Positions 37,679 to 46,838 of a stretch of DNA of 64,000 nucleotides are shown here, piece after piece. The translations under genes and the position numbers were made by a program. The DNA is from Thermoanaerobaculia bacterium. Lineage in GTDB: Bacteria; Acidobacteriota; Thermoanaerobaculia; Multivoradales; Multivoraceae. Numbering within the stretch: the first letter of the stretch is position 1; the number at the start of each line of letters is the position of its first letter. The notes below the pieces were generated by a model, which saw only the letters and a list, made by a program, of their open reading frames with translations, was not told the DNA's origin and ran no database searches. Location: positions 1,760,001 through 1,824,000 of the forward strand of contig OY762911.1 of the NCBI GenBank assembly GCA_963666565.1, given 5' to 3'.

Positions 37679-39561
37679 CGCAAGGGGCAGCAGACCGCGT
37701 GCGCGGGTCTTCCGACCCGCCTGGGGCGGCGGGCGAGGCGCAGTTTCAGCGCGCGCGCCTCCTGGTCGGCGCCCTGGTTCAGGCCGGCGTCCGGCGGGCG
37801 GTCACCAGTCCGGGTTCCCGCTCGACGCCGCTGGTGCTGGCGGCGCTGGACGCCGCGACCGCCGGGCTCGAGGTCGCCAGCGTCATCGACGAGCGGGCGG
37901 CGGGGTTCTTCGCACTCGGCCAGGCGCGGGCGACCGGCGCGCCGACCGTCCTGATCTGCACGTCGGGGACTGCGCCGGCGCACTACCTGCCGGCGATGAT
38001 GGAAGCCCGCGAGGCCGGCGTTCCCCTGATCGCCCTCACCGCAGACCGGCCGATGGAGTTGATGGACTGCGGCGCGCCCCAGACGACGGACCAGACGAAG
38101 CTCTTCGGCGCGGTCGTCAACCACTTCGCCGAGGTCGATCTCGCGGGTCGGGTCGATCCGCTGAGCCTGCGGGCGCTCCGCCGGACCGCCGCGCAGGCCG
38201 TGTTCCGGTCGCGCTGGCCCCGGCCGGGCGCGGTCCACCTGAACGCGCGGGCGCGCAAGCCGCTCGAGCCGGAGGCGGCCAGAGAGCCCGTCGCCGCGGG
38301 GGGTTCGCTCGCGGCGGCGGTCGACGCACTGCTCGATGAGCCGGTCGAGGCGGCCGTGCCGGCAACGCAACCGGATTCGGCGGCGCTGGATCGGGCGGCG
38401 GCGTTGTGCAAGCGGGCGGACCGTGGCCTGATCGTCGCCGGCGCCATGCCGTTGCCGTCGCAGTCGAGGCGAAGCCGCGGCGGCAACGTTTACGGCCTGG
38501 CCGAACTGGCGAACAGTGCCGGTTTCGCGCTGGCGGCCGAGGCGACCAGCCAGAGCCGGTTCCTGGAGCCGGATGTCCGAGGCGGAACCGGCCACCTTGC
38601 CGATTGCCTGGGCGCGGCCTGGGCGGCCGGCGAGGAAGGGGCACCGCCGGCGCCGGATCTCGTCGTGCAGGTCGGCGCCGCGCCGGTGTCGGCCGGCCTC
38701 CAGCGCCTGCTGGAGACCTGCGGCGCGCCGCAGATCGTGATCTCGGACGGTCCGTGGACCGATCCGGTCGGTCTGGCGTCGGTGTTTCTGCCGGGAAACG
38801 TCGAGGCCGCCGTCGCCGGCCTCTGCTCCCGGTTGGACGCAGCGCCGGAGGCGCCGGCCGGCGACGGATGGCGCCGCGAGGTTCTGACCCTCGCCAGCCG
38901 GTTTCGGGAGACGGCCGCGGGCGTCGGCGCCGATTCCGGCGAGTGCGGCTTCCACGACGGCGAAGCGGCGCGGGCGGCGGTGGAGGCGACGCCGGCCGGC
39001 GCTCTGCTCATGCTCGGCAACAGTTTGCCCGTGCGCCTGGTGGAAGACTGGGTCGGCAGGGTGGAGCGGCGCATCTGGGTTGCCAGCCAGCGCGGCTTGA
39101 GCGGCATCGACGGCCTGGTTGCCGGGTTCCTGGGCTCGCTCTCCGCCGGCGGCTTCCCTGCAGGCGTGCTGCTGCTCGGCGACGTCGGTCTGCTGCACGA
39201 TCTCGACGGTCTGGCGATCGCTTCCGAGTACGGCGACGGTCCGCCGGCCCCGATCGTCGTCATCGACAACGGTGGCGGACGGATCTTCGAGCGTCTTCCG
39301 ATCGCGAAGGCCGAGGTCTTTCGCGGTCCGGCCGGGAGGCACTGGCTCACGCCGCACGGAGTCGACTTCGGCGGGCTGGCCCGGGCGTTCGGCGTGCCTC
39401 ACTCGCGAGTGGAAGATGCCTCGGCGCTCGAGCGGGAGACCGCGGCGGCCCTCGACCGGAGAGGCGTTTCCCTGATCGTTGCAGAGGTCGCTGCCGGCGC
39501 TCTGGCGGCGGCCGAAGAGTCGCTGCGGCAGGCCATGCACGCGGCGTCAGCGTCGCGATGA
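37675..39561 (+). CDS. menD: SEPHCHC synthase
   Basis: SPGSRSTPL, DERAAGFFALG, CTSGTA, NSLPVR, RGLSGIDG, GDVGLLHD, NGGGRIF. Confidence 0.93.
   Translation: MTQGAADRVRGSSDPPGAAGEAQFQRARLLVGALVQAGVRRAVTSPGSRSTPLVLAALDAATAGLEVASVIDERAAGFFALGQARATGAPTVLICTSGTAPAHYLPAMMEAREAGVPLIALTADRPMELMDCGAPQTTDQTKLFGAVVNHFAEVDLAGRVDPLSLRALRRTAAQAVFRSRWPRPGAVHLNARARKPLEPEAAREPVAAGGSLAAAVDALLDEPVEAAVPATQPDSAALDRAAALCKRADRGLIVAGAMPLPSQSRRSRGGNVYGLAELANSAGFALAAEATSQSRFLEPDVRGGTGHLADCLGAAWAAGEEGAPPAPDLVVQVGAAPVSAGLQRLLETCGAPQIVISDGPWTDPVGLASVFLPGNVEAAVAGLCSRLDAAPEAPAGDGWRREVLTLASRFRETAAGVGADSGECGFHDGEAARAAVEATPAGALLMLGNSLPVRLVEDWVGRVERRIWVASQRGLSGIDGLVAGFLGSLSAGGFPAGVLLLGDVGLLHDLDGLAIASEYGDGPPAPIVVIDNGGGRIFERLPIAKAEVFRGPAGRHWLTPHGVDFGGLARAFGVPHSRVEDASALERETAAALDRRGVSLIVAEVAAGALAAAEESLRQAMHAASASR
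37699..37720. repeat. REP-like palindrome inside the menD 5' coding region
   Basis: GTGCGCGGGTCTTCCGACCCGC, 22-nt exact reverse complement of the family core; translated as VRGSSDP. Confidence 0.8.
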
Positions 39562-40463
39562 CCGCTGGGTGCGCGGATCTTCCGACCCGCTGCCGCCGCA
39601 GGCGGCCGACAAGCAGTGCCGCCGTTCTGATTCACGGCTTCTCGGCCAGTCCCGCGAGTTGGCGGCGGGTGGAAGCGCAGCTCGATGCGCCGAGCCACGC
39701 GCTGGCGGTCTGCGGTCACGCCGGCGAGAGTCCGCCGTCGACCTCCGCAGGCCCCGCCGCCTTCGAGGCCGAGGTCGATCGGCTGGCCACGGTCGTCCAG
39801 GCCGAAGTGCCGGCGCCTCGCCTGGTGGTCGGTTACTCCCTGGGCGGGCGGCTGGCTCTAGGCCTGCTGGTCCGTCATCCGGTTCTGTTCCAGGGCGCCG
39901 TTCTGATCGGCGCGAACCCTGGAATCGCCGGAGAAGACGCTCGCGCCGCACGCCGGGGCGACGACGAGCGCTGGGCACGGTTGATTGAGGAAGAGGGCCT
40001 CGCCGCCTTCGATCGGCAATGGTCGGACCTGCCTCTGTTCCGCAGCCAGCGGCGGCTTGAAGCGGACGTGCTGGAAGAGCAGCGGGCAATCCGCCTCGGC
40101 CACGATGCGGCTGCTCTCGCTGGCGCGATGATGGCGCTCAGCCTCGGCGCCATGCCGGACTACCGACCCGCACTCCGCGGCGTCGCCTGCCGGGTCGAGT
40201 TGATCGTTGGCGGTCTGGACGCGAAGTTCGAGTCACTGGCTCGGCAGATGGCGAAGGCGCTTCCAAACGCTTCGGTCCACGTCGTCGAAGGCGCCGGCCA
40301 CAACGTGCCTCTGGAAGCGCCGGCCGAGCTGGCCCGCCTGCTGAACGCGACTCTGGACAAGACCGCTGCCAGAGAGTCGGTGCACGGCAAGCGTATCGGG
40401 ACAGCCGGGGCCGATGACGAGGGCCGTTGTAGTGTCGCCGGTCGAAGGAGGCGCGGGGGATGA
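39558..40463 (+). CDS. menH: SHCHC synthase (alpha/beta hydrolase)
   Basis: [24 protein letters not shown]; located between menD and menB. Confidence 0.88.
   Translation: MTAGCADLPTRCRRRRPTSSAAVLIHGFSASPASWRRVEAQLDAPSHALAVCGHAGESPPSTSAGPAAFEAEVDRLATVVQAEVPAPRLVVGYSLGGRLALGLLVRHPVLFQGAVLIGANPGIAGEDARAARRGDDERWARLIEEEGLAAFDRQWSDLPLFRSQRRLEADVLEEQRAIRLGHDAAALAGAMMALSLGAMPDYRPALRGVACRVELIVGGLDAKFESLARQMAKALPNASVHVVEGAGHNVPLEAPAELARLLNATLDKTAARESVHGKRIGTAGADDEGRCSVAGRRRRGG
39562..39607. repeat. REP-like element inside the menH 5' coding region
   Basis: 46 nt with 2 mismatches to the reverse complement of 52104-52149. Confidence 0.88.
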
Positions 40464-41308
40464 GTGGAGAATCGCACCAGGAATGGCGGACGGCCGGCGA
40501 GTACACCGACATCCGCTACGAGAAGTCCTACGTGGACGGCGAGCCGGAGGGGGTAGCCAAGATCACGATCGACCGGCCGGAGGTGCGCAACGCGTTCCGG
40601 CCGCTGACGGTCCAGGAGATGAGCGCGGCGGTGGACGTGGCCCGCGACGACGGCGAGGTCGGCGCGGTCATCCTCACCGGCCAAGGGCGAAGCGCCTTCT
40701 GTTCGGGCGGCGACCAGCGCATCCGGGGCGATGCCGGCTACGTCGGCGACGACGGCGTGCCGCGCCTGAACGTCCTCGACCTGCAACGCCAGATCCGCAC
40801 GCTGCCCAAGCCGGTCGTGGCGATGGTCGCCGGCTACGCGATCGGCGGCGGCCATGTGCTGCACATGGTCTGCGACCTGACCATCGCCGCCGACAACGCC
40901 CGCTTCGGCCAGACCGGGCCGCGCGTGGGCAGCTTCGACGGCGGCTACGGCGCCTCGTACATGGCGCGGATCGTGGGCCAGAAGAAGGCGCGCGAGATCT
41001 GGTTCCTGTGCCGCCAGTACAACGCCCGGCAGGCGCTGGACATGGGCCTGGTCAACACGGTCGTGCCCCTCGATCGGCTCGAGGAGGAGACGCTTCAGTG
41101 GTGCCGGGAGATGCTGGCCAACAGTCCGATGGCTCTTCGTTGCCTGAAGGCGGCGATGAACGCGGACTGCGACGGCCAGGCCGGTCTGCAGGAACTGGCG
41201 GGGAACGCGACCCTGCTGTTCTACATGACGCAGGAGGGGCAGGAGGGACGGCAGGCGTTCCTGGAGAAGCGGAAGCCGGACTTCTCGAAGTTCCAGCGCT
41301 ATCCATGA
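40460..41308 (+). CDS. menB: 1,4-dihydroxy-2-naphthoyl-CoA synthase
   Basis: [51 protein letters not shown]. Confidence 0.97.
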   Translation: MSGESHQEWRTAGEYTDIRYEKSYVDGEPEGVAKITIDRPEVRNAFRPLTVQEMSAAVDVARDDGEVGAVILTGQGRSAFCSGGDQRIRGDAGYVGDDGVPRLNVLDLQRQIRTLPKPVVAMVAGYAIGGGHVLHMVCDLTIAADNARFGQTGPRVGSFDGGYGASYMARIVGQKKAREIWFLCRQYNARQALDMGLVNTVVPLDRLEEETLQWCREMLANSPMALRCLKAAMNADCDGQAGLQELAGNATLLFYMTQEGQEGRQAFLEKRKPDFSKFQRYP

Positions 41309-42237
41309 GCCCGGGCGGCTCGGGCTCGGCTGGCCCGGCGACCGGAGACGACCGGCCGGGCAAGCTGGCCGCCTGGTTCGAGGCAGTCCGCCCGAAAACG
41401 CTCTGGGCCGGCGTCGCGCCGGTGCTCGTGGGGACCGCCTGCGCCGCTTCGGTGGGCGGTTCGCGCCCCGGTCCGGCGCTGGCCGCGCTGGGGACGGCGC
41501 TCGGTCTTCAGATCGGCACGAACCTGTCGAACGACGTCCTGGACTTCGACCGCGGCGCCGACACGGAGAAGCGTGTCGGTCCGCGGCGAGCGGTCCAGTC
41601 CGGCCTGCTGAGTCGCGGCGAGGTCTGGGTCGGCGCCTGGTGCGCGTTCGGAGCGGCCGTGCTCTGCGGCCTCTACCTGGCGTCGGTTGCCGGCTGGCCC
41701 GTGCTCGCGGTGGGCGCCGTCGCGATTGCCTCCGGTCTGCTCTACACCGCCGGCCCCTGGCCGCTCGCCTACGTCGGCCTGGGCGACGTGTTCGTACTGC
41801 TCTTCTTCGGTCCGGTGGCGGTTGTCGGGACGACGTGGGTACAGGCGCTTTCCGCGCCGCCATCGGCCTGGTGGGCCGGCCTTGCCGTGGGCTCGCTGTC
41901 CGTGGCGATTCTCGTCACGAACAACCTCCGCGACGAGGAAACGGACGCGGCAGCCGGGAAGCTGACCCTGATCGTGCGATTCGGCCGCCGCTTCGGTCTC
42001 GTCGAGTACGCGGCGTTTCTCGGCTTGGCCTTCCTCGCCGTGTTGCCGACCGTGGCGGTCCTCGGCCCGTGGCCCTTGCTCTCGTGGCTTGCCCTCCCGT
42101 TCGCGGTCGCCGTGCTGCGGTCCGTCTGGCGCGGCGAGGGCGCGGCCCTCAACGGGGCGCTGGCGGCGACCGCCCGCCTGCTCCTGCTGTTCGGCGTGCT
42201 CCTGTCGGCCGGCATCGTCCTGGGGCCCCGGACCTGA
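41305..42237 (+). CDS. menA: DHNA polyprenyltransferase
   Basis: [49 protein letters not shown]. Confidence 0.93.
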   Translation: MSPGGSGSAGPATGDDRPGKLAAWFEAVRPKTLWAGVAPVLVGTACAASVGGSRPGPALAALGTALGLQIGTNLSNDVLDFDRGADTEKRVGPRRAVQSGLLSRGEVWVGAWCAFGAAVLCGLYLASVAGWPVLAVGAVAIASGLLYTAGPWPLAYVGLGDVFVLLFFGPVAVVGTTWVQALSAPPSAWWAGLAVGSLSVAILVTNNLRDEETDAAAGKLTLIVRFGRRFGLVEYAAFLGLAFLAVLPTVAVLGPWPLLSWLALPFAVAVLRSVWRGEGAALNGALAATARLLLLFGVLLSAGIVLGPRT

Positions 42238-43874
42238 GCGGCGAACTCTCGGTTCGGGCGGCGGCTCGGGAAGAGCCGGCCGGAACGGCGCTGGTCGACG
42301 GCGGCCGCGAGATCGGCTGGGCGGAACTGGCGCGCCGGGCGGAGCGAACGCTCGCGGCGTTGCGGCGGTGCGCGGACGGGCGGGAAGCGCCGGTCGTCGC
42401 CGTCGTTGCCGGGACGGGGCCGGAGACCGTGACGGCCCTGCTCGCGCTCCTGGAGGACGGGACGCGCTTCGTGCTGCTGCACCCCCGCTGGACCCGTGCC
42501 GAGCGCGCCCGGGCGATCGCGATGGCCGGGGCGTGCCTGTGCATCGAGAGCGGCGGCGCCATCGTGCCGGCGGAGGCGTCCGGCCCGGCCGGCGGCCGGG
42601 ATCCCGCGTCGTCGCCTCGACACGGCGGGATCCCCGAGGGCGCGGCGATCGTCTTCACGTCCGGCACGGCAGGCGCTCCCCGGGGGGTTGTCCTGAGCCG
42701 GGCGGCGCTGCTCGCGTCGGCCCGCTCCCACCGCGAGGTCCTGTGCTGGCGCGCGGACGACCGCTGGTTGCTCAGCTTGCCCGCCGCGCATGTGGGCGGC
42801 CTGATGATCGTCGTCCGCTGCCTCCAGGCGCGGCGGGCGGTCGTCGTGGGCGGCCGCGGCGCGGACGGCGCCTTCGACGCGGGGAGGATGCTGGAGGTCG
42901 TCGAGCGCGACCGGGTTACCCTGCTGTCCGTCGTGCCGACGATGCTCCAGCGGATGTTCCGGGCGCGGCGGCGGCCGCCGGCGAGCCTGCGGTCGGTGCT
43001 CGTTGGCGGCGCGGCGGCGCCGCCGGCGCTGATGGTCGAGGCCAGGGAGTTCGGTTGGCCGGTGCTGGCGACCTACGGCCTGACGGAGGCGTGTTCGCAG
43101 GTCGCGACGGAGCGGCCGGGCGACCCGCTCGGCGGCATCGGACGGGCGGTGCCGGGCGTCGAACTCGCCGTTGGCGCGCCCGACCGGGAACTCGCGCGCG
43201 TCGCGGTCCCGGGCGCCGATGGAGGCGCCGTCGCCGGCGCCGCGGCGCGGGCGGACAGCGGGACGGCGGGGGCACCCGACCGCCGCGCGTCTCTCGCGGG
43301 GGGCGCCGGGCCGATCCGGATTCGCGGGCCGATCCTGTTCGAGGGCTATCTGGGCGACGAGCCGGGCGCTCCGCTGGAACGGCCGTTCGATCCGGACGGC
43401 TGGTTCGATACCGGCGATCTCGGGACCCTCGACGGCCGGGGCCGGCTGAGCGTCGCCGGCCGCCGGTCCGACCGGATCGTGACCGGCGGCGAGAACGTGG
43501 ATCCGCTGGAAGTCGAAGCGGCCGTTCTCGAATGGCCCGGCGCGGCCGCGGCCTGCGTCGTCGGCCTGGAGGACGAGGAGTGGGGCGAGCGGGTGGGCGC
43601 CGTCCTCGTGCCTGCGGCCGGGTTCGAGGCGCTTGGCGGGCTGGCGGGACTCGAGCGGCGCCTCGACGCACTCCTGGCGGGGTTCAAGCTGCCGCGGCGC
43701 TGGAGCGTCGTGCGCGAGCTTCCCGTGGCCGCTTCGGGCAAGGTGGACCGCGGCGCCTGCGCCCGGCTCCTGGCCGAGGGCGAACTGGAGACGGCAAGGG
43801 GCACCTCGCGCGCCGAGATGGAACGCTTCGCCGCGCTGGCCCCGAACCCGCCAACCGGGGGGAGCGAAAGGTGA
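42234..43874 (+). CDS. menE: o-succinylbenzoate--CoA ligase
   Basis: FTSGTAGAPRGV, HVGGL, SVVPTML, TYGLTE, FDTGDLG, GRRSDRIVTGGENV; start probably the CTG in a CTGA overlap. Confidence 0.85.
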   Translation: MSGELSVRAAAREEPAGTALVDGGREIGWAELARRAERTLAALRRCADGREAPVVAVVAGTGPETVTALLALLEDGTRFVLLHPRWTRAERARAIAMAGACLCIESGGAIVPAEASGPAGGRDPASSPRHGGIPEGAAIVFTSGTAGAPRGVVLSRAALLASARSHREVLCWRADDRWLLSLPAAHVGGLMIVVRCLQARRAVVVGGRGADGAFDAGRMLEVVERDRVTLLSVVPTMLQRMFRARRRPPASLRSVLVGGAAAPPALMVEAREFGWPVLATYGLTEACSQVATERPGDPLGGIGRAVPGVELAVGAPDRELARVAVPGADGGAVAGAAARADSGTAGAPDRRASLAGGAGPIRIRGPILFEGYLGDEPGAPLERPFDPDGWFDTGDLGTLDGRGRLSVAGRRSDRIVTGGENVDPLEVEAAVLEWPGAAAACVVGLEDEEWGERVGAVLVPAAGFEALGGLAGLERRLDALLAGFKLPRRWSVVRELPVAASGKVDRGACARLLAEGELETARGTSRAEMERFAALAPNPPTGGSER

Positions 43875-45256
43875 CCGTCGACGGCGCGGTGGCGGAGTTC
43901 CGCGAGCGGTTCGGCCTGGAGCGGCGGCTTCGCCCCTTCGAGCCGCTTCGCTACAGGGCGAGCGACGCCGGGACTCCGGCGCTTCACCTGGACGACTTCG
44001 CGGCGATTCCGTTCCTCGATGGCGTGAGCGGCGTCGAGCACTACCAGCACCGCGCCCGGCTGCGGGCGCGCGAGGGCGACCTGTACGCGGCCTCGACGCC
44101 GCCGTCACCCGGCTACGAGCGCTACTGCCGGGAGGTTCTCGGGCTCGGCGCTGTGGACTTCCTGGCTGTCGATCCCGCCGGCGACCGCCTGGCGATAGCC
44201 CGCGCGTGCGCCGGCGACCGCTCGATCCGCGGGCGGCTCGGAGCGCTCGCCCGCGAGGGCGGCCTCGTCGTGGAGCCCTTCCTGGGCGTCGAGGCGGTCT
44301 GGGACCTGGCGGCGGCCGTGGCGGCCGATGCCGGAGCGCGGGTGCGGGTGCTCGCGCCGCCGCCGCCGGTGACGTGGATCGCCAACGACAAGGCGAACTT
44401 CGAGGACCTGGTCGGGGCGGTCCTCGGCCCCGGCTTCCTGCCGGAGAGCCGCCGGTCGGCGTCGGCCGAGGAGCTGGCCCGCGCGCTGCTCGAACTCGCG
44501 GAGACCGGGCCGTCCGTGGCGCTCAAGCGGCTGCGCTGCTCCTCGGCCATGGGCAACGAGGTGTTCGAGTCCGCGGCGCTGCGCCGTCGCGGCTTCCGCG
44601 GCGTCCTGGAGACCGTTCGGGGTTTCCTGGAACGGACCGGCTGGAAGGGCGGCGAGGAGGTGCTCGCGGTTCGCTGGGAGCGGGCCGTGTCGTCGCCTTC
44701 GACCCAGTGGTGGCTGCCGCCTCCCGGGGGCGGCGCGCCGATCCTGGGCGGCGTCTACGAGCAGATCCTGGCGGGAGAGGAGGGCGTCTTCGTCGGCAGC
44801 CGGCCGAGCGGGCTTCCCGCCGGGGTGGAACGGCGGATCGTCTCCCACTCGGGCCGGGTGGCTGCCGCCCTGCAGGGCCTGGGCTACGTGGGCCGCTGTT
44901 CGTTCGACCATCTGGTGCTGCCGGACGACCGGGTCCTCTTCACGGAGTGCAACGGCCGCTGGGGCGGCACGAGCACGCCGATGAACCTGGTCGACCGGCT
45001 GTTCCCGGACGGCCGTCCGCCCTACCAGGCGCAGGACGTGGTGCACCCGGAACTCGCCGGGCTCACCTTCGAGCGGCTGCTGGCGCGGTTCGGCGACTCG
45101 GTGCTCGACCGCGGACCGGGCGAAGGACGGTTCCTTCTCTACAACGTGGGACCGCTTGAGCGGTACGGCAAGTTCGACGTCGTGGCGCTCGGCTCGAGCC
45201 GCGCCCACGTCGAGGAGGCGATGACCGTGGAACTGCCGCGCCTCCTCGGCCTCTGA
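43871..45256 (+). CDS. Pre-ATP-grasp / ATP-grasp protein (PGM1 peptide-ligase-like)
   Basis: ANDK..F, VALK..SSAMGN, SPS.Q, YEQIL, GYVGRCSFD..V, ECNGRWGGTS (E-x-N-x-R); GTGA overlap with menE. Confidence 0.75.
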   Translation: MTVDGAVAEFRERFGLERRLRPFEPLRYRASDAGTPALHLDDFAAIPFLDGVSGVEHYQHRARLRAREGDLYAASTPPSPGYERYCREVLGLGAVDFLAVDPAGDRLAIARACAGDRSIRGRLGALAREGGLVVEPFLGVEAVWDLAAAVAADAGARVRVLAPPPPVTWIANDKANFEDLVGAVLGPGFLPESRRSASAEELARALLELAETGPSVALKRLRCSSAMGNEVFESAALRRRGFRGVLETVRGFLERTGWKGGEEVLAVRWERAVSSPSTQWWLPPPGGGAPILGGVYEQILAGEEGVFVGSRPSGLPAGVERRIVSHSGRVAAALQGLGYVGRCSFDHLVLPDDRVLFTECNGRWGGTSTPMNLVDRLFPDGRPPYQAQDVVHPELAGLTFERLLARFGDSVLDRGPGEGRFLLYNVGPLERYGKFDVVALGSSRAHVEEAMTVELPRLLGL

Positions 45257-45258
45257 CC

Positions 45259-45594
45259 TCAGGCCGGCGCGGAAGAGGTCGTGATGTCGGCGCGGAGGCT
45301 GCGGTCGAGCGCCTCGCTCATCTGGCGCAGGCGCTCCGCTTCGGCCGAGGACAGCACGCCGCCGTCTTCGCAGGCCCCGATCGTCGAGGTCATCTCGTTC
45401 AGCCGGTCGAGCGCTTCGTCCGGCGCGGCGCGCCGTTCCGGCGACGCGTGAGCGGCGGCGAACAGGAGCGTCGAGAGCGTCAGCGCGAGCCGGCGCAGGC
45501 GCTGCCGCGGCGGCGCCGGGGCGGACCCCGGCTCGGCGGTCGCGTCGTAGACGTCTGCCAGCAGGATGCGCGACAGTGCGTATGCGTCCTTCAT
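45259..45594 (-). CDS. Small helical hypothetical protein
   Basis: GGGAG RBS, gene-like codon bias, amphipathic helices. Confidence 0.55.
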   Translation of the reverse strand: MKDAYALSRILLADVYDATAEPGSAPAPPRQRLRRLALTLSTLLFAAAHASPERRAAPDEALDRLNEMTSTIGACEDGGVLSSAEAERLRQMSEALDRSLRADITTSSAPA

Positions 45595-45752
45595 CTCCCC
45601 GTTCGCCTTTCCCCGGTCCGGCGTCCGGCCGTTCCGGGAGTCACCACTGGTTACAACGACCGGGAGGCCCGGTTGGTTTCCGGGCCGCCGGTTCCCGATC
45701 TGCCGGCAGGGGCTTCCGGACTCCGCGGCGTTTGGCTGGGGAGCGCGCCGGC

Positions 45753-46637
45753 CTACAGCCGATCGACCACCTTCATCTGCAGGACGCGACGCTCGGTGCC
45801 CAGCCGTACCGCGGTTAGCGTACCGCCCCAGACGCAGCCGGTGTCAAGCGCGACCAGATCCGGCTCGAGGCGCAGGCCGAGGGCGGCCCAGTGGCCGCAG
45901 ACGACAGTGCGTCCCGCGCAAGCGCGGGGGACGGCGCGGAACCACGGTTCGAGCCCGGCGGGCGCGTCTTCGGGCGGGCCGTTGAAGTCGTGCGGTGCGG
46001 CCTCGGCGTCGAGCATCCGCATCCGGGTGAACGCGGCCAGCGCGGCTCGGTCCTGCACGCTGGCCCCGGTCGTCCCGGTCCGTCGCGGCCGAGCGGAAGT
46101 CGAGTATGTTGGGGCCGTTTCCCGAACCGACGGTCGGCGATCTTCGTGGCTGCGCTCGCTGCGCAGCAGGCTCCGCGCGTGGGGGCCCCGGAGCAGTCGT
46201 TCCAGTCGTTCGCTCGACTCCAGCGTCTTCTTCGCCGACCAGCCGGGCGGCAGGCCGGCGTGGACGAGGACGTAGTCGCGGTCGGCTACCCGCTCGCAGT
46301 GGACGAAGGGCCGCCGGCGCAGCCACTCGACCAGGTCGCCGCCGTCGTCGGCCCGCAGGACCTCTTCCAGCGTGTCGCGCGGCCGCGCCTCCGTGACTCC
46401 GAGATGCCGGGCGATCAGGTGCAGATCGTGGTTGCCGAGTACGACCCGGAAGCGGTCGCCCAGGTCGCGGTCCATCGCCCGCGCCCAGCGGAGGACTTCG
46501 AGCGATCGGGGCCCGCGGTTCACGAGATCGCCGACCATCCAGAGGCGATCCCGCCGGAGACCGAGATCGATCCGCTCGGTCAACGCCTCCAGCGTCCGGA
46601 AGCAGCCGTGGACGTCGCCGATTGCCCAAGTCGCCAA
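45753..46637 (-). CDS. apaH: Symmetrical bis(5'-nucleosyl)-tetraphosphatase
   Basis: AIGDVHGC, GDLVNRGPRSLEVL, LGNHD, VHAG, FTRMR, GHWAALG, LDTGCVWGG. Confidence 0.92.
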   Translation of the reverse strand: MATWAIGDVHGCFRTLEALTERIDLGLRRDRLWMVGDLVNRGPRSLEVLRWARAMDRDLGDRFRVVLGNHDLHLIARHLGVTEARPRDTLEEVLRADDGGDLVEWLRRRPFVHCERVADRDYVLVHAGLPPGWSAKKTLESSERLERLLRGPHARSLLRSERSHEDRRPSVRETAPTYSTSARPRRTGTTGASVQDRAALAAFTRMRMLDAEAAPHDFNGPPEDAPAGLEPWFRAVPRACAGRTVVCGHWAALGLRLEPDLVALDTGCVWGGTLTAVRLGTERRVLQMKVVDRL

Positions 46638-46709
46638 TTGGATTCCCTGAAGTTGTCTCTAGCGGTTTCCGCCGCGCCGACCCGCGGGGAACGGGCCACG
46701 TGTCGGTAC

Positions 46710-46784
46710 GCCGGCCTTCCGGCCGGCGCGTCTCCCTGGCCGCCTTCGGCGGCAGCCGGCGAGGACGCCGGTGCACCCAGTGTG
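46710..46784. repeat. Single arm of the composite palindromic element
   Basis: GCCGGCCTTCCGGCCGGCGCG...GCCGCCTTCGGCGGCAGCCGGCGAGGACGCCGGTGCACCCAG aligns with both arms of 26406-26591. Confidence 0.8.
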
Positions 46785-46838
46785 AGACGCCCTGCCACTC
46801 TGGCGGCCAGTTCCATGCACGGGCGCCCGATCGAGGTG

